DNA from: an uncultured Acidimicrobiia bacterium
GTDB lineage: Bacteria > Actinomycetota > Acidimicrobiia > Spongiisociales > UBA4744
DNA: 51,028 nt
NCBI GenBank assembly: GCA_964594235.1
Contig: CAZQMF010000006.1
Location: 1-51,028 of the forward strand
Direction: 5' to 3'
Below are positions 9,243 through 17,522 of the stretch, piece after piece (position 1 is the stretch's first letter; each line of letters opens with the position of its first letter). The notes beneath the pieces were generated by a model, which saw only the letters and a program-made list of their open reading frames with translations, did no database searches and was not told where the DNA came from. The translations under genes and the position numbers were made by a program.

Positions 9243-9758
9243 TCAGGTACGTAGCAGGAGGACGGGGCACGCTGCTCGGCGCGCGAGGCGCGTGCTGGTA
9301 GATCCCAGGAGCCCCTCGAACATGCCGAGCCCGCGAGACCCGACACACAAGAGATCGACAGCCAATTCCTCGACCGCCTGCAGGATGGGCCGTGTCGGAT
9401 CCGGGCCTTCGAGAGCGATGGCCTCGACCGTGAGCCCTTTGGCGGCCAGCGCATCCACGAGGGGACGAGTGCGATCCTCCTTCTGGTCCTGGATGAAGGC
9501 ATCGATCAGCGCATCATCACCTGGCCAGCCGGGAGAAACCGTCGTCGCGTGCGTCGACGAGACGTACTCATTGTCGGTGTCCGCGCCCTGGATGATCTCA
9601 CGACGTTCGTAGAAGGCGCGAAGATCCGAGAGGAGCGATCGGGGGATTTCCACGATGGTGAGGACCGTGATCCGGTCTCCGGGCTGGGCGAGGTGTCCAA
9701 CGGTCTCCGACGTTGCGGTCGGATCGAGACTGCCGTCGGTCGTGACCATGATGTGCAT
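9243..9758 (-). CDS. Universal stress protein (UspA family)
   Basis: MHIMVTTDGS start; DLLCVGSRGLG...LLGSTSTRLARRAACPVLLL end; GGAG SD. Confidence 0.92.
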   Translation of the reverse strand: MHIMVTTDGSLDPTATSETVGHLAQPGDRITVLTIVEIPRSLLSDLRAFYERREIIQGADTDNEYVSSTHATTVSPGWPGDDALIDAFIQDQKEDRTRPLVDALAAKGLTVEAIALEGPDPTRPILQAVEELAVDLLCVGSRGLGMFEGLLGSTSTRLARRAACPVLLLRT

Positions 9759-9843
9759 GCTGACTCCGGGCGATGGGCTGGTTGAGAGCCTAGAGGACGG
9801 CGGCCACCCCTGCTTCGTGCCACAGACGTGGCCGCGTTCTCGA

Positions 9844-9997
9844 GGCTGGTGACTGTTCGCTGCTCGCGAAGCGAGCCTTGCTTTCGGCTGCTTCGTCTGC
9901 CCGCGCAGTAGGGGAGGGTTTCTCGTTTTGGGGGTTTCGGTCGCGCTCTGGCGGTGAGCTGTTGGCTGTCGGCTGTTCGCTGCTAGCGAAGCGAGCC
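9844..9997. repeat. Heptamer-array/hairpin-cap repeat, copy A (two units)
   Basis: 25-nt direct repeat CTGTTCGCTGCT[C/A]GCGAAGCGAGCC at 9853 and 9973 (120 bp apart), each preceded by GGCTGTN-type heptamers. Confidence 0.85.
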
Positions 9998-10053
9998 GGG
10001 TGGGCCCCCAGCCCCTTTTTGGGGATGTTGGTGAAGGAAGTGGGCTGAATGAG

Positions 10054-10094
10054 TTGACATGTGGCGCGGAATGGGTCATAGTGGCGCGCAGTGG
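10054..10094 (+). promoter_or_regulatory. dcw promoter with overlapping MraZ boxes
   Basis: TTGACA (10054-10059), 17-bp spacer, CATAGT (10077-10082); GTGG/ATGG boxes at 10061, 10071, 10081, 10091 with exact 10-bp period upstream of mraZ. Confidence 0.82.
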
Positions 10095-10127
10095 AGGACC
10101 GTAGATGCAATTGTCGGAGACTGGGCC

Positions 10128-10559
10128 GTGTTCCTCGGTGAATACCGGCACACCCTCGACCCGAAGGGGAGAGTCGTGTTGCCCTCGGATTTCAGGCCCG
10201 AGCTCGCCGAGGGTTGTGTCATCACCAAGGGACAGGAGCGATGCCTCTACGTCTACCCCCTCGCCCGATGGGCGCAGGAGGTGGAGGAAATGAATCTCCT
10301 GTCCCGCAAGGACGAGAACGTCCGCTTCTACCGACGTGCGGTCTACTCGGGAGCGAGGCAACAGTTGCTGGATGCTCAGGGTCGTGTGATGGTGCCCGAG
10401 CAGCTCAGAGCATACGCGGGCCTCGAACGCGACGTCGTGGTGATCGGTGTGGCGGACATGATTGAAATCTGGGATCAGGAGTCGTGGGACGAGTTCTCGA
10501 AGAGCGCCGACGAGTACTACGCATCGATAAAGGAGGGATTCACGGAAGAGAGGGCGTAG
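10128..10559 (+). CDS. mraZ: Division/cell wall cluster transcriptional repressor MraZ
   Basis: FLGEYRHTLDPKGRVVLP and LDAQGRVMVP (two DxxGR motifs), IEIWD; 143 aa from GTG at 10128. Confidence 0.96.
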   Translation: MFLGEYRHTLDPKGRVVLPSDFRPELAEGCVITKGQERCLYVYPLARWAQEVEEMNLLSRKDENVRFYRRAVYSGARQQLLDAQGRVMVPEQLRAYAGLERDVVVIGVADMIEIWDQESWDEFSKSADEYYASIKEGFTEERA

Positions 10560-10572
10560 ACGCGTCTGGTGT

Positions 10573-10654
10573 ATTGCCAGCCCCCCGGAACCATGAGGAA
10601 AGCCCCTTACTCCGCCCGCTTCCCATTGGTGCCAGCGCCCGGGGGGCTGGCAAT
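10573..10654 (+). ncRNA. Cis-regulatory hairpin resembling the mraW RNA motif
   Basis: Perfect 16-bp stem ATTGCCAGCCCCCCGG/CCGGGGGGCTGGCAAT with extended inner pairing and a CTTCCC tract, between mraZ and rsmH. Confidence 0.65.
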
Positions 10655-11555
10655 GGATCAGACACCGGATACATACCACAACCCAGTGATGGTGGACGAG
10701 GTGGTTGACCTGTTCCGTCCCGTACCCGACGGGGTCATCGTCGACGCCACCTACGGCGGCGGTGGCCACAGCCGGGCGCTCTCCAGCGAGCTGGGGCGCA
10801 ACCTCATCGCCTTGGATCGTGATGCCGACGTGCACGGAGAAGCCGTTCATCACCGGAATTTCCGGTATCTGGACTCGGTACTCGAAGAAGTCGATGTACG
10901 CGAGGTTGCCGGAGTGCTGTTCGACCTCGGTGTTTCCTCGCATCAGCTCGATGAAGCTGACCGGGGTTTCTCCTACCGCCTGACAGGTCCTCTCGATATG
11001 CGCATGGGACCGGACGCCTCCGTTGCAGCCGGAACCATCGTCAACGAGTGGGACGAAGCTGTTCTTGCTCGGGTGTTGCGCAGGTACGGCGAAGAACGTT
11101 TCGCCGAACGCATCGCGAAGGCCATCGTGCGCGCCCGACCGATCCAAGACACCCTCCACCTGGCAAACGTGGTGAAGGAGGCCGTGCCTGCTGCGACTCG
11201 CCGCACGGGTGGCCATCCGGCAAGAAGGGCGTTCCAAGCGCTCCGCATCGCCGTCAACGAGGAACTGGAAGCGTTGGAGATCGGGCTCGATGCGGCGATC
11301 GATGCCCTCGTTCCGGGAGGGCGGTGCGTGGTGATCTCGTACCACTCTCTCGAGGATCGCATCGTCAAGCAACGATTCGCGAAAGGAGCGGCAGGTTGTG
11401 TATGCCCACCAGACCTGCCGGTATGTGGTTGTGGCAGAACGGCCGAACTCCGGCTTCTCACCAGGAAACCCGTCACGCCCTCTGAGGACGAGGTGGCCGG
11501 CAACCCGAGAGCGCGGAGCGCCAAGCTGCGGGCGGCCGAGAAGGTGGCGGCGTGA
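10653..11555 (+). CDS. rsmH: 16S rRNA m4C1402 methyltransferase
   Basis: HNPVM, VDATYGGGGHS, DLGVSSHQLD, RGFSY, PLDMRM, FQALRIAVNEEL, ISYHSLEDRIVK, NPRARSAKLR. Confidence 0.97.
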   Translation: MDQTPDTYHNPVMVDEVVDLFRPVPDGVIVDATYGGGGHSRALSSELGRNLIALDRDADVHGEAVHHRNFRYLDSVLEEVDVREVAGVLFDLGVSSHQLDEADRGFSYRLTGPLDMRMGPDASVAAGTIVNEWDEAVLARVLRRYGEERFAERIAKAIVRARPIQDTLHLANVVKEAVPAATRRTGGHPARRAFQALRIAVNEELEALEIGLDAAIDALVPGGRCVVISYHSLEDRIVKQRFAKGAAGCVCPPDLPVCGCGRTAELRLLTRKPVTPSEDEVAGNPRARSAKLRAAEKVAA

Positions 11556-11953
11556 CTGCCCGCCCGGTGCCCGTCCAGGGCAGTCGCCGGCTCAGGGTGA
11601 TTCGCGGCGGCCAACACCTGCGTCCGACGCTCGGAACATGGCTGGTCTTCACGGCCGTCGCGATCACGCTCTTCTTTGCATTGATCCTTTCGAGAGTTGC
11701 GCTGGACAAGCCGGCGCTGGAGCTGAGCGACCTTCGGACGCACATCGAAGCTGAGCAGGCGCGCTACCAGCAGCTCCGCCTCGAGGTCGCTGAGCTGCAG
11801 TCGCCCGATCGGATCATGTCGAGGGCGGACGAACTGGGGTTGGTGTACCCGGACAGTCTCCAGATCCTCATCGCAGACGGTGTAGGAGACGGGACCCCCG
11901 CCGAAGGCGACCGCTTCGCCGACGTGAAGTCGATTCTCACGGCAGCGCCATGA
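11552..11953 (+). CDS. ftsL: Cell division protein FtsL-like
   Basis: Single TM plus coiled coil (LRLEVAELQSPDRIMSRADELGL); canonical position between rsmH and ftsI. Confidence 0.78.
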   Translation: MTARPVPVQGSRRLRVIRGGQHLRPTLGTWLVFTAVAITLFFALILSRVALDKPALELSDLRTHIEAEQARYQQLRLEVAELQSPDRIMSRADELGLVYPDSLQILIADGVGDGTPAEGDRFADVKSILTAAP

Positions 11954-12009
11954 CGGGGAGCCGACGTCTTGCGGGTCGTTCCGTGGTCGCTCGGCCACGG
12001 GGTTAGCCC

Positions 12010-13755
12010 GTGGCGGGGCGGGGGAAGGGCCGCCGCCCTGGGCGTGCACGTCTGATCGTCGTCGCCTCGATCGTTTTTCTCTCGTGGATAGGGGTTGGAT
12101 TCAGGCTGTTTCAACTCCAGATCGTGCAAGCCGCGGATCTCAAGCAGCTCGGTATGGATCAGAGGATGAAGGTCGAGACCCTGGCAGCCGAGCGCGGGAC
12201 CATCTACGACCGAGACGGACGGGAACTGGCGATCAGCGTGGAGGGCAAGACGATCGGTGCGGACACCACCCGTATCCAGGACCCCGTATCGACCGCTCAT
12301 CTGCTGTCCCTCACGCTCGGTCTCGATGAGAAGGAGGTTCTCGCAACGCTGCAGTCGGATCGTCGCTGGGTGACCATCGCCCGGCAACTCGACCTCGACA
12401 CGGCCGCGATGGCAGAAGATCTCTCGATACCCGGCATCTACTCGTACCCTGAAGCGATGCGCGTGTATCCGGAAGGCACGCTTGCTGCACAGGTCCTCGG
12501 GTTCGTCGATCCCGACGGCAACGGGCTCGAGGGTCTCGAGTTTCGCTATAACACCCAGTTGGCAGGGACGCCAGGCGAGGTACGATTCGAGACAGATCGC
12601 GAAGGCAATATCATTCCCCAGGGGCTGTACGACCTGACCCCCGCAACTCCAGGCAGTGACTTGGTCACCACGATCGACCGGGACATTCAGTACATCGCCG
12701 AGCAGCAGTGCCAGGCGACGCTGCAACGTAGCGAGGCCGCGCGGTGCACTGCGGTCGTACTGGATCCGAGCACCGGCGAGATCCTCGCGATGGCATCGGT
12801 GCCCGGGTTCGACCCCAACAACCGGAGCGCATCGACGGAAGACGACTGGACGAACTGGGCGGTGCTCGGTGCCTACGAACCGGGCAGCACCGAGAAACTG
12901 ATCACGATCGCCGCCGCGCTGGAGGAGAGCATTGTCACCGCGGGAACGACGTTCTCGGTTCCGGACACGATCGAGGTGGTGAAGGGCGCCTGCGAGGGCC
13001 GTGTCACTGCGACCGGGGCCGAGATCAATGGCTGCTACCACGACGCAGAGTCGCATCCCACCGAACCCCTCACCGTCAGGGACATCGTCACCAGATCTTC
13101 GAACGTTGGGACGATCAAAGTCGGCCAGAAGCTAGGTATCGACCTCCTCTCGCAGTACATCCACGCGTTCGGTTTGGGCGAGAAGACCGGCGCGGACGTT
13201 CCCGGCGAGTCCCCCGGGAACCTGAATCTGGACCCGACCTGTCCAACATGCCTTGCCTCCGCCTCGATCGGCTACGCGGTCGCCGTGACACCGCTCCAGA
13301 TGGTCGCGGCCTACGGTGCCGTCGCGAACGACGGCATCTGGGTACAGCCGCATCTCGTCGATGAGGTCGTCGACGGTTCCGGCATTCATCGACCGGCCAG
13401 TCCCGAGACACGACGCGTCATCTCGCAGAACACCGCAGCGACGATGCGAGCGCTGTTGAGGAGTGTCATCGAGAGCGGCGAAGGGACCGGCAACGGCGCG
13501 CAGGTGAACGGGTACACGGCTGCGGGCAAGACCGGCACCGCACGCAAGTTCGTTCCCGAAGAAGCAAAGTACTCGAATGACTACGTGGTGAGTTTCATGG
13601 GGATGGCGCCCGCCATCAATCCGAGGATCGTCGTCGGCGTGGTCGTCGACTCCCCGAAGGTCGGTGAGAGCGGCGGTAGGGTCGCTGCCCCGGCCTTCGC
13701 GGCCATAGCCGAAGATACGTTGCACCATCTCGGAGTACCGCCCGATGCCCCATGA
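12010..13755 (+). CDS. ftsI: Septal class B penicillin-binding protein
   Basis: RGTIYDRDG, RVYPEG, GLEGLE, EPGSTEK (SxxK), SSN (SxN), KTGT. Confidence 0.93.
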   Translation: MAGRGKGRRPGRARLIVVASIVFLSWIGVGFRLFQLQIVQAADLKQLGMDQRMKVETLAAERGTIYDRDGRELAISVEGKTIGADTTRIQDPVSTAHLLSLTLGLDEKEVLATLQSDRRWVTIARQLDLDTAAMAEDLSIPGIYSYPEAMRVYPEGTLAAQVLGFVDPDGNGLEGLEFRYNTQLAGTPGEVRFETDREGNIIPQGLYDLTPATPGSDLVTTIDRDIQYIAEQQCQATLQRSEAARCTAVVLDPSTGEILAMASVPGFDPNNRSASTEDDWTNWAVLGAYEPGSTEKLITIAAALEESIVTAGTTFSVPDTIEVVKGACEGRVTATGAEINGCYHDAESHPTEPLTVRDIVTRSSNVGTIKVGQKLGIDLLSQYIHAFGLGEKTGADVPGESPGNLNLDPTCPTCLASASIGYAVAVTPLQMVAAYGAVANDGIWVQPHLVDEVVDGSGIHRPASPETRRVISQNTAATMRALLRSVIESGEGTGNGAQVNGYTAAGKTGTARKFVPEEAKYSNDYVVSFMGMAPAINPRIVVGVVVDSPKVGESGGRVAAPAFAAIAEDTLHHLGVPPDAP

Positions 13756-15193
13756 GACCACCCTCATCGAGATCGCCGAACTCACCGGAGGCGAAGTCGT
13801 CGGAGATGGCATGGCACCGATCCTGAACGTCGAGCATGACAGCAGAAGATGTCGCAGCGGGACGTTGTTCGTGGCCATTCGCGGTTTCGAAGCGGACGGA
13901 CACAGCTACATCGACAATGCGATCGCCAACGGCGCTACCGCCGTCTGCGTCGACCACCCCATCGACTCCAACGTTCCCCAACTCGTCGTCGAAGACACTC
14001 GGCTCGCGCTCGGTCCGGTATCTTCGGTGCTGTACGGGCGCCCGACGGAGCACGTGCCAGTGATAGGCGTGACCGGAACCAACGGCAAGACCACCGTCAC
14101 CCACCTCCTCGAGGCAATCGGAAACGCCGCCGGCAGGAACGCCGCCGTCATCGGCACGATCGGTGCCCGTATCGCAGGCGAGCGTATCCCGTTGGAGCGG
14201 ACCACCCCGGAGGCATCCGAACTCCAAGCTCTCTTTGCCGAGATGCAGGAGAGGTCGGTCGACCTGATCGCCATGGAGGTCTCCTCACACTCGTTGGCTC
14301 TCCATCGCGTAGATGGGACGCACTTCCAGGTCGTCGCATTCACGAACCTGTCGCAGGATCATCTCGACTTCCACAAGGACATGGATACCTACTTCGCTGC
14401 CAAAGCGCAGTTGTTCTCTGCGGCGAGGGCCGACAAGGCCGTCATCTTCACCGACGACCCCTACGGCGCGCGTCTCGCATCGACGATCGATGTTCCGGTG
14501 ACGAAGGTGGGATTCGGTGCCGAGGCCGACATACGGGCGGAGGCGGCCATCACGTCCACGTCGCACAGTGACTTCGTCATCATCACGAACCAGGGGTCGT
14601 ATCCGGTGCGCCTTGGCCTCGGAGGGACCTTCAATGTTGCCAACGCCCTCGTTGCCGCAGGATGCGCGCTCGGTGTTGGTATCGCGATCGAGCACGTCGT
14701 TGAAGGTCTCGAAGCGATCAGACCGGTACTCGGAAGATTCGAGGTGGTGAGTGGCGAGCATCCCATCTCGGTGATCGTCGACTACGCGCACACGCCGGAC
14801 GGTATCCGGGCGGTGATCGAAGCCGCACGCGTGGCAACACCGGGCAGAGTGATCGTCGTGGTTGGAGCCGGTGGCGATCGCGATCAGTCCAAAAGGGCGG
14901 CGATGGGAGCAGCCGCGTCGGCAGCCGACCAGGTGATCGTCACGAGCGACAATCCGAGGTCCGAGGATCCCGCGTCGATTGCAGAGGCCGTCAGGTCAGG
15001 CATCACGAGAGGTGACCCGATCGTCGAACTCGATCGCAAGAGGGCGATATTCGAAGCGGTTCGAGTCGCGAGCGAAGGGGACGTGATCCTGGTGCTCGGC
15101 AAAGGTCACGAGACCACGCAGGCGTTCAAGGACCGAACCGTGCACTTCGATGATCGGGAGGTTGCCAGGGCGGCGTTGGAGGCACGACCGTGA
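13745..15193 (+). CDS. murE: UDP-MurNAc-L-Ala-D-Glu--meso-DAP ligase
   Basis: GVTGTNGKTT, MEVSSH, NLSQDHLDFH, DYAHTPD, SDNPR (DAP-specificity motif), GKGHE. Confidence 0.96.
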   Translation: MPHETTLIEIAELTGGEVVGDGMAPILNVEHDSRRCRSGTLFVAIRGFEADGHSYIDNAIANGATAVCVDHPIDSNVPQLVVEDTRLALGPVSSVLYGRPTEHVPVIGVTGTNGKTTVTHLLEAIGNAAGRNAAVIGTIGARIAGERIPLERTTPEASELQALFAEMQERSVDLIAMEVSSHSLALHRVDGTHFQVVAFTNLSQDHLDFHKDMDTYFAAKAQLFSAARADKAVIFTDDPYGARLASTIDVPVTKVGFGAEADIRAEAAITSTSHSDFVIITNQGSYPVRLGLGGTFNVANALVAAGCALGVGIAIEHVVEGLEAIRPVLGRFEVVSGEHPISVIVDYAHTPDGIRAVIEAARVATPGRVIVVVGAGGDRDQSKRAAMGAAASAADQVIVTSDNPRSEDPASIAEAVRSGITRGDPIVELDRKRAIFEAVRVASEGDVILVLGKGHETTQAFKDRTVHFDDREVARAALEARP

Positions 15194-16257
15194 TCAGGTT
15201 GGGAATGGCGGCAGGGATGGCGTTTCTCGCATCCATTCTCGTCATGCCGTGGGGTATCAAGAAGCTACGTGAGCACAACATCGGGCAGTTCATTCAGGAG
15301 GAGGTCGAGGGCCACTTCCACAAGCAGGGGACCCCCACCATGGGCGGCGTCGTGATGATCGGCGCCGTGCTCGTCGCCTATCTGATCTCCCACATCCGAG
15401 TGTGGGATCTCGACCGGGTGCATCTCTCTCTGGAGCCGTTCTCGACCGAGGGAATGCTCGCCATCCTGGCATTCGTCGGCATGGGGGTCATCGGGCTTGC
15501 CGACGACTACCTGAAGGTCTCCAGGAAGCGAAGCCTCGGGCTCTCCAAGGCGGGCAAATTCGGAGGACAGCTCATGGTCGCCGCCGCATTCGCGTGGGCG
15601 GCCACCGAGGCGGGTGTCTCGACCCAGCTGTCGTTCACCCGACCCCTCAACATCGACCTCGGGGTCTTCTTCGTGGTGTTCGTCCTGTTGTGGCTTTCCG
15701 GTATGGCCAACGCCGTGAACTTCGCCGACGGGATGGACGGACTCGCTGCCGGGTCGGCGGGCCTCGTCTTCGGAGCGTTCGTACTGATCGGCTACTGGAA
15801 GTTCCGCCATCCCGAGTTCTACCCGAACGCAAACTCCGCTCTCGAGATGGCCGTGGTGTCTGCGTCGATGCTCGGGGCCACGCTCGGGTTTCTCTGGTGG
15901 AACGCCGCTCCGGCCCGGGTCTTCATGGGGGATGTCGGCTCACAAGCGCTCGGAGGGCTCATGGCGGCACTCGCCATTCTCACCAACACGGAGTTGCTGC
16001 TGCTCTTCCTGGGAGGGCTCTACGTGGCCGAGATGGTGTCGGTGATACTCCAGGTCGCCAGCTTCCGCCTGTTCGGTAGGCGAATCTTCAGGATGGCTCC
16101 GTTCCACTACCACTTCGACCTCAAAGGGTGGCCCGAAACCACTGTCGTGGTTCGGTTCTGGATCATCGCAGGGTTGTGCGCCGGTATCGCCCTCGCGATC
16201 TTCTACGGCGACTTCGTCAACAGCGGCCTGCTCGACCTACCGGGAGTCGGCAGATGA
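15190..16257 (+). CDS. mraY: Phospho-N-acetylmuramoyl-pentapeptide transferase
   Basis: KQGTPTMGG, DDYLK, NAVNFADGMDGLA, FMGDVGS, MAPFHYHF. Confidence 0.96.
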   Translation: MIRLGMAAGMAFLASILVMPWGIKKLREHNIGQFIQEEVEGHFHKQGTPTMGGVVMIGAVLVAYLISHIRVWDLDRVHLSLEPFSTEGMLAILAFVGMGVIGLADDYLKVSRKRSLGLSKAGKFGGQLMVAAAFAWAATEAGVSTQLSFTRPLNIDLGVFFVVFVLLWLSGMANAVNFADGMDGLAAGSAGLVFGAFVLIGYWKFRHPEFYPNANSALEMAVVSASMLGATLGFLWWNAAPARVFMGDVGSQALGGLMAALAILTNTELLLLFLGGLYVAEMVSVILQVASFRLFGRRIFRMAPFHYHFDLKGWPETTVVVRFWIIAGLCAGIALAIFYGDFVNSGLLDLPGVGR

Positions 16258-17522
16258 GGACACTGGTGCTCGGAGGGGCGGTGTCGGGCAGCGCGGCGGC
16301 CCGTCTTGCCGCGAGAATCGGATATCGCGTGACCGTCTACGATGCGAACCCCGCGGTCGCGCAGTCGGCACTCGCGGAGGGGTTTTCTTCGGTCGGGGGA
16401 CCATGGGACCCATCGCTCCTGATGGGCATGGAACTCGTGGTGGTCAGTCCGGGGATACCCGAACGTGCAGACCCGATCACGGACGCGCTCGAGGCCGGGC
16501 TCCCCGTCTGGTCGGAACTCGAGTTCGCCTCGCGCCATGTCGACGCACCCCTCATTGCCGTCACCGGGACGAACGGCAAGACCACGGTCACCGCACTCAT
16601 CGCCGACATGCTGAAGGGAAGCGGACTTCGAGCCATCGCAGCCGGGAACATCGGCCTCGCGTTGTCCGACGTCGCCGGCGGGACATGGGACGCAGTTGCG
16701 GTCGAGGCGTCGAGCTTCCAGCTTCGCTTCATCGACTCGTTTCACCCGAGGGTGGCCGTCGTGCTCAACCTCGCTCCCGACCATCTCGACTGGCATGGGA
16801 GCTTCGCAGCGTACGGAGCTGCCAAGGCGAGGGTCTTCGAGAACCAGGGCATCGGAGACGTGCTCGTCTTCGATGGTCACGACCCTGACGTCGTTCAGCT
16901 CGTGAGAGGTGCAGGCATCCGCAAGGTGGATTTCTCTGGCGGCGCCGGCCTCGACCACGGTGACGTCCGCATCCCCGAGGACGCGTTCCCGGTCGACGAC
17001 GAAGCCTTCGTCGGGGACCTTCGAGCCGCGGCCGTCGCCGCCCTGGAAGCAGGGGCGACCGGCGCGGCCGTCGAGAAGACCATCCGGGACTTCCATACGG
17101 GCCCGCATCGGCGAGAACACGTCGGGACATGGGATGGCGTGCGCTGGGTGAACGACTCCAAAGCGACCAACCCGCACGCTGCGGTCGCCTCCGCAGAGAG
17201 CTATGCGTCGGTGGTGCTCATCGCCGGAGGACGCAACAAAGGGCTCGATCTCGCCCCTGTCGCAAACGTGGAAACGGTACGTCACCTCATTCTCATCGGA
17301 GAGAGCGCTCCGGAACTGGCTGCTGCTGCGGCTGCAGGGCAAACCCCCCACACGGTGGCTTCGTCGATGGAGGAGGCCGTGGCGATTGCCGACGGAATCG
17401 CGACATCGGGCGATACCGTTCTCCTCGCGCCAGGCTGTACGAGCTGGGACATGTATCCGTCCTACGCTGCGCGCGGTGACGATTTCGCAGAGCTGGTGCG
17501 AAAGCGAAAGGAGTTGGGATGA
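16254..17522 (+). CDS. murD: UDP-MurNAc-L-Ala--D-glutamate ligase
   Basis: VVSPG, AVTGTNGKTT, EASSFQL, DHLDWH, NDSKATN, LLAPGCTSWD; ATG at 16254 overlaps the mraY stop. Confidence 0.95.
   Translation: MRTLVLGGAVSGSAAARLAARIGYRVTVYDANPAVAQSALAEGFSSVGGPWDPSLLMGMELVVVSPGIPERADPITDALEAGLPVWSELEFASRHVDAPLIAVTGTNGKTTVTALIADMLKGSGLRAIAAGNIGLALSDVAGGTWDAVAVEASSFQLRFIDSFHPRVAVVLNLAPDHLDWHGSFAAYGAAKARVFENQGIGDVLVFDGHDPDVVQLVRGAGIRKVDFSGGAGLDHGDVRIPEDAFPVDDEAFVGDLRAAAVAALEAGATGAAVEKTIRDFHTGPHRREHVGTWDGVRWVNDSKATNPHAAVASAESYASVVLIAGGRNKGLDLAPVANVETVRHLILIGESAPELAAAAAAGQTPHTVASSMEEAVAIADGIATSGDTVLLAPGCTSWDMYPSYAARGDDFAELVRKRKELG

Noticed and set aside
8684-9502. Recombinase as a marker of an integrated mobile element
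   Set aside because: Catalytic residues are absent, with no att repeats, cargo or compositional shift; the extension to 9502 overlaps the USP gene
9853-9997. Palindromic 25-nt direct repeats as a CRISPR array
   Set aside because: Only two units, a 95-nt spacer and no cas genes; they belong to the dispersed heptamer family
9243-11372. 709-aa minus-strand ORF
   Set aside because: Only the last 171 aa (USP) look real; the rest is antisense to mraZ/rsmH and crosses the repeat region
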